64,000 bases of DNA, from the NCBI GenBank assembly GCA_037129835.1, contig JBAXUE010000006.1, forward strand, positions 6,157 through 70,156, in the 5' to 3' direction. Source of the stretch: a bacterium. GTDB taxonomy: Bacteria; Patescibacteriota; CPR2; UBA1875; CAIMLA01. The position numbers were made by a program, and so were the translations under genes. Below, in pieces: positions 62,201-64,000 of this stretch. How positions within the stretch are numbered: position 1 is the first letter of the stretch; the number at the start of each line of letters is the position of its first letter. Under the pieces are notes generated by a model. That model was given only the letters and a program-made list of their open reading frames with translations. It was not told where the DNA came from and ran no database searches.

Positions 62201-62531
62201 GATATGGTGATACAAACTGAATACCGGTAAAAAGAATCAGAGATACAAAAAAAGCGGTCACTGTCGCTCTAGCGACCGGTTTTGTAGCTGGATGTTCTGA
62301 TACTTTCTTATAGCTAGGACTGTTGGTAACGAGTACGTCGTGATATTTACGAATGTTTAGATGAAGTTTATAGGTAAGTTCATAACGTAGTAGCGCGGCT
62401 TTGGCTATGATGAATGAAAGAAACTTAACTAAATATACGCCAAAAAAGCTAGAAATAGCTACAAATGCTTTCTTGTAGAAACGCTTATTATCCTGAGAGC
62501 TAGGTTTTTTTACCAAACTCCCTCCCTTCAC
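53214..62531 (-). CDS. Giant (3,105 aa) surface protein: N-terminal basic tail + TM anchor, Gly-rich region, two DUF1566/Lcl-like lectin segments, many Fn3/Ig-like repeats
   Basis: Uninterrupted 9.3-kb ORF. TM segment VTAFFVSLILFTG, a conserved post-TM motif LSKTWNTLADFTNNNG, long poly-Gly runs, and two …GGRLP(T/R)…E(L/I)…RC(V/I) segments. It is the intact paralog of 554..9089. Confidence 0.9.
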   Translation of the reverse strand: MKGGSLVKKPSSQDNKRFYKKAFVAISSFFGVYLVKFLSFIIAKAALLRYELTYKLHLNIRKYHDVLVTNSPSYKKVSEHPATKPVARATVTAFFVSLILFTGIQFVSPYLNIFRPGESLASNLSKTWNTLADFTNNNGGTGNVTITPSITGGTVTTDGLYTIHKFTSSGSLVVTGASLSVSSLVVGGGGGGGGGYNGGGGGGGAGGVVYSASVPVTPQTYTVTVGNGGAASTNGQSSVFSSVTALGGGGASDGVTAGLSGASGGGGGTAASSATLGGAGTQGYNGGNGIYYGPNNQWAGGGGGGAGAAGANASNTQAGAGGVGVANSITGASLYYGGGGGAGGSLNYALGGNGGGGRGWYLGGQTAGTPNTGGGGGTSMSGGSGVVIVRYLTSALAALNLNNGDPKLPSSAGTPTTENTTANFTAGTQSNTAVGTNTVYLLKPIGATAAADAECASGYRSGGVCANWGYLGSVGTALEGKQVYRSDLASGPYQWKTSNTSCVSPQCSIGLDAAPYNNKYSLVSPQVFTSELFTEYPTQAACKAIGGRLPTMTELSAIYTGRAIYGNNFAESQYSGYYLSATEVDSNYVNTFQFYAAGQQSYWKNVGATTSVRCVKNSSSSSGGSPGTFTSQVKDNTTPVGYSTLSWTETLQANTSITLEFRSGTTATPDGTWQAWGAVTNGGSLASFSGRYFQYRATLLSSNNNNVPTLNSVTVNNVTYSTSGSLGGAVAGNIGLRFDAETTGGIGNKAKPSAINWNGTTDKTSQKILFTVRAGDDQTGLDSSLCYGPSGSGACSSWWTNSGGFFSQSYNGADPPNPTKSATSILNTIGNKRYSEILVRFEGDGSNTPVLSDVTLTYDSIETPQNSLTTMYRSDGTTVLKNSSGNNVTAGLSAAWTSESTIKVKTTGLTCTACGTSTSRKIELQYNPVNTAFANESTNLIVGDAPDNSNSTVTIPNLAVGAYHFRIRSKDNEGRVSPWQSYGGNTDVTQADFSVEQTAPTGTVAINGGAAYATSGTVTLTNTTADTGGAGVGQMRFSETGTFDPAGTDWLPYLASKPWTLSVGDGAKTLYAQYRDNAGNVSGTVPSTTTDYSTGTRGTDIALNPGNTGVKLLKANGVAATLGTECVSGYVSEGVCATGPWLAGQAETNYPATLVGKSVYNQDLSGIIWKDAITDCRSPQCNTGLDLVFPSNYSLVSPQIFPSENFTSYPAQAACKALGGRLPRVDEIKAIYAGYRAGHYGSFTSDGWYYSATEENTINVKIFRFITWMYGATESYSTKNNLYDSVKYTRCIQDGSVSPGGSGTAGTFISPVKDMGATKTFTSVDWNTVTSPGTITMQVKAGNTATPDGTWTNSNGWTTVTRNEVSAVLAGKRYVQYQATLALGGGSTYPQLTSVTLNSFDKASITVDAQAPTVTSSTLTAPNGGEKWKGGSSQSITWNSGSIGDGIGSGLRTATPPIQLDYSTNGTDWTSITTGTANTGVYTWNPVPSLNLATVSVRLTAFDAVGNNASDVSDANFTIDSTSPTITAVSVTPTPFSPNASVGNKDTATITYTLADNLTGNANTTVRIYSGVTLVRILSNNVSQTQGVHTVDWDGKNDSVAFVVDGSYTYKVDATDGSGNSATQQTGTIVVDNTLPTANSISSITPNPNNTGNQTIVWSSFSDPAPSSGFGSYQLQRKVGSGGTFTDISDPNAHITNASTVSYADNASLAEGTYYYRVITTDVADNSVTGATSVVLSVDTSVPTDVTSLEAYENATKTHNITADNTTTWYPYTAPYFEWVADDTGSGIATYRYCLTTDSNCTPTTPTPGNSPHLTADLASSIDGIYYLRVVAVDNVGYISNNITTFQYNLDKSLPSAVTGFVSETPEFPDTQIKLKWNAVPTNSGAPLLNYKIERVEKSVYPGLTDETTAWSTLAGYAKYTTTELTFVDDALLAKQGQPLISLSTSYAYRISARDQSNPTYGNYQNAPLYALTRDVADPEVPPKIGIGKGATACDGTGATCDATDSDTPTAHDNTKGFSTKITWTAADDNGSGVAKYKIYRTTNESDLASWVVVGVLYTPTGLENTLWYDNDAHNDTTYGADKPAATTRLNDSTTYYYRITAVDGATIGNETSLVPASGDSNFVSPDQNFARTTPGTPDVTAPTVPNNVVANAQGLDNSNESQMINVSWGASNDYKARSEDIVPGTITYHVYRSTSDLGPWDIAPIKTTTATSFNDEGLADTTNYYYRVSAYDSVPKESVLSDLSETSSVVTYSSKVPSVPANIDVVTTKGDPNTNNAVGHTAEVTFTGSSSYSNKIVKYEVYRTTTNIAGNCNPGEKVSDCWVRVNTATKIQTINITPTPDDRTVPHTITDINLTDSTTYYYRVWAQDNTVVPNQPSQSNLFSGLSVVAPGTLHLGWDTTPDATAPALPSLVKVKDIHDDGTNFRRNIITWARIATPLRNGVNDFKEYKIYRSINDGSLWEQICQNGTTTILLPSCTTQYPNPLYDADKEIALTNNYYMDLIPRSQAESDKFFYYHVTASDDSGDTYKYNAPNQNTIINPNYFNESKPDIGSDGKIVSVSLNPYIAKPSILDQHNGLKAILTSVGVATATVTWTTDQDCDSMVSFRKSGSGDPYKQIGVGDNSRGLGMVQNHTVELFGLSPNTTYDYIIASGNALGNPVSAEGAQLPSLTTTGFNITAGAVSSTTSTTTIAWATNLDASSAFVEYQLQKQPGDDAQGGTAGVEPAALSSSPRNHKVVIKGLRSARTYTYKIKSISEDGYLAEYPAGEFATFKTKSFDSAQFTLAPASSNVAERNITATTAQIVWQTESPTTSWVDYSTTSGVYDGAAGNNDLVGSHVVVIEGLIPGTKYYYRVRVKDANEVEYTSQEYSFTAVLKPKISNMSVKDITPYSVTVAWETNVDTETIINWGTTTNYGEKKGTTGVSKVHQVKIENLLDNQEYHYQILAKDETGNEVADTDKIVRTPLDTEGPKITNAKVDILPMGENDTTSSIIVSWQTNKPASTQVKYGEGILGGDYSNESNEDTSLNNSHTVIIKGLKPASSYHYKMISKDKRTNITESQDYTFVTPTKEKSILQLILKSLEETFAWTGKLNQFFGKLGDRFIGK

Positions 62532-62633
62532 CCTATTTTGTATATTAATTATCTAACTTTTTTGGCTTGAGCGCAAGAGAAAATATGGAGTGCTTGAACC
62601 TATATCCTTCGTACGATTACGCCTAGATTTCAA

Positions 62634-62672
62634 AAGGTCTGACCTAACATTTTGATTAAGTCAGACCCTCTC
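62634..62672 (-). terminator. Rho-independent terminator downstream of ddl
   Basis: GGTCTGAC…GTCAGACC (8-bp stem) followed by TTTTGAAAT on the transcribed strand, between the ddl stop and the giant-gene start. Confidence 0.5.
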
Positions 62673-62744
62673 CCGAAGAGAACAACTTTAGACTAAATTA
62701 CTACATGTTACATTCAGGCTTCGTAATACAAAAACTAAAAATTA

Positions 62745-63752
62745 TTACCGCAAAGCGGCTTCAATAATAATTTCAAGAAGTAGTGACAACTCAATACCGG
62801 CCGCCTTGGCACCTTGAGGAACTAAGCTAGTTTCTGTCATACCTGGTATAGTATTAACCTCAAGAGTGTAGAGAGTATCTCCCGCTAAAATAAAGTCGGA
62901 GCGAGATATATGGCTACAATCTAGACTCTCGTGGGCGATTATAGCTGACTGTTGTATTTCTTTTATCTTTTCTTTGGGTAGATTAGGTGGTGTAATTTCT
63001 ATACTAGCCCCTGGTGCATACTTGGCCTTATAGTCAAAAAATGTATGCTCACTATTTGGGGTTATTTCTGTAGGTATCAGCGGAATAAGTTTCCCCGTTT
63101 CTCCTTCTACAACTGCACAAGTAAGCTCTCTACCATCAATAAAGTCCTGTATCATCACATTGTTTGATGTTTCAAAACCGTAATCAACTGCTTTTTTTAT
63201 ATCTACTACATTTTTTACTATCGAGATACCGACGCTTGATCCTCTATCAGTCGGCTTAACAACTACAGGAAGATCAAAAGTATCTTTTGCAGCATTGATG
63301 TATTTATCGTTATCTTTATCCCATTCCTCTTTATTCACGAAAATAAATGAAGGAATATTTAGATTTGCATCTGTTAAAACATGTGAGCTAGCTACTTTGT
63401 CCATCGCAAGATTACTTGCCTCACTCTTTGAACCAGTGAACTTAATTCCTTCAGATTCTAATAGTTTTTGGATAGTCCCGTCTTCACCATATTCCCCATG
63501 GATAATAATAAATACCAAATCTACCTGAATTTTTTTAAGATATTTAATTCCTTCTACGTCTGAAAATTCTTTTGAAGACGTTTGGTCAATCCAAACTCCA
63601 GCTTTTGATATCTTAATATCAATAACTTCAAACTTATTTGAGTCAAGACATGCCATAACATTCTTGGCACTATTGAGCGACACTTCATGCTCTGCAGACG
63701 GACCACCGTATAATAATGCAACTTTAGTTTTTTTCATAATACTTTTCTCCAA
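62745..63752 (-). CDS. ddl: D-alanine--D-alanine ligase
   Basis: KVALLYGGPSAEHEVSLNSAKNV N-terminal motif plus ATP-grasp core motifs. Length is 335 aa. Confidence 0.9.
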   Translation of the reverse strand: MEKSIMKKTKVALLYGGPSAEHEVSLNSAKNVMACLDSNKFEVIDIKISKAGVWIDQTSSKEFSDVEGIKYLKKIQVDLVFIIIHGEYGEDGTIQKLLESEGIKFTGSKSEASNLAMDKVASSHVLTDANLNIPSFIFVNKEEWDKDNDKYINAAKDTFDLPVVVKPTDRGSSVGISIVKNVVDIKKAVDYGFETSNNVMIQDFIDGRELTCAVVEGETGKLIPLIPTEITPNSEHTFFDYKAKYAPGASIEITPPNLPKEKIKEIQQSAIIAHESLDCSHISRSDFILAGDTLYTLEVNTIPGMTETSLVPQGAKAAGIELSLLLEIIIEAALR

Positions 63753-64000
63753 CTCAGATATTTTAACATAAATATTATAGATATATATAAATCGAAAGTA
63801 CTTTTGTATTATTTTTATCTACCACTTTTAAGTTATAGTGGTACAAAAGCCCAACCTAACCCTCCTTCACCAAGGTTACCTGCCCGACCTGAAAGTCGTT
63901 CGGGCGGGCGGAACGGGCAAGCAGATTCTTTAAAGCATCTTTCGTTACAGTAACTCTAATATAATAAATAACAACAAGCCGATACCGGAAGTTATTTATT

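Noticed and set aside
1-64000. CRISPR arrays, rRNA genes, reverse transcriptase/DGR or retron elements
   Set aside because: I scanned for regularly spaced direct repeats, rRNA-like conserved blocks and RT motifs (YxDD). None were seen. The only repeat families are the paired hairpin element and the paralogous giant-gene 3' ends.

Overview
Low-GC, gene-dense bacterial window whose content looks like a Candidate Phyla Radiation (Patescibacteria)-type genome. The evidence: euk-type IleRS, a minimal peptidoglycan set (murD, murI, ddl), giant surface proteins, and many small secreted or membrane hypotheticals. Two paralogous giant surface-protein genes sit at 554-9089 and 53214-62531, both on the minus strand. 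The first is split by a frameshift inside a G8 tract. Between them lie a murD-murI-NRAMP-DUF3048 operon, rplY, a processive GT2 glycosyltransferase module, tRNA-Thr(CGT) and tRNA-Gly(CCC), an LtaS-family gene, a two-component system with a MacB-like ABC pair and DUF5666-like secreted proteins, and tRNA-Asp(GTC). Directly next to tRNA-Asp is a large serine recombinase followed by about 11 kb of island-like content. The most unusual feature of the island is a translationally coupled trio: two alpha-class DNA methyltransferases and an Mrr-cat nuclease/SF2 helicase fusion. This looks like an R-M or defense module of non-canonical composition, with no specificity subunit and no Type III Mod. The window also holds a candidate T-box leader upstream of ileS, a repeated hairpin-bearing intergenic element, several GC-rich candidate structured-RNA regions, and housekeeping or accessory genes (CYTH, SDR, NUDIX, GNAT, ddl). 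No CRISPR array and no rRNA were seen.
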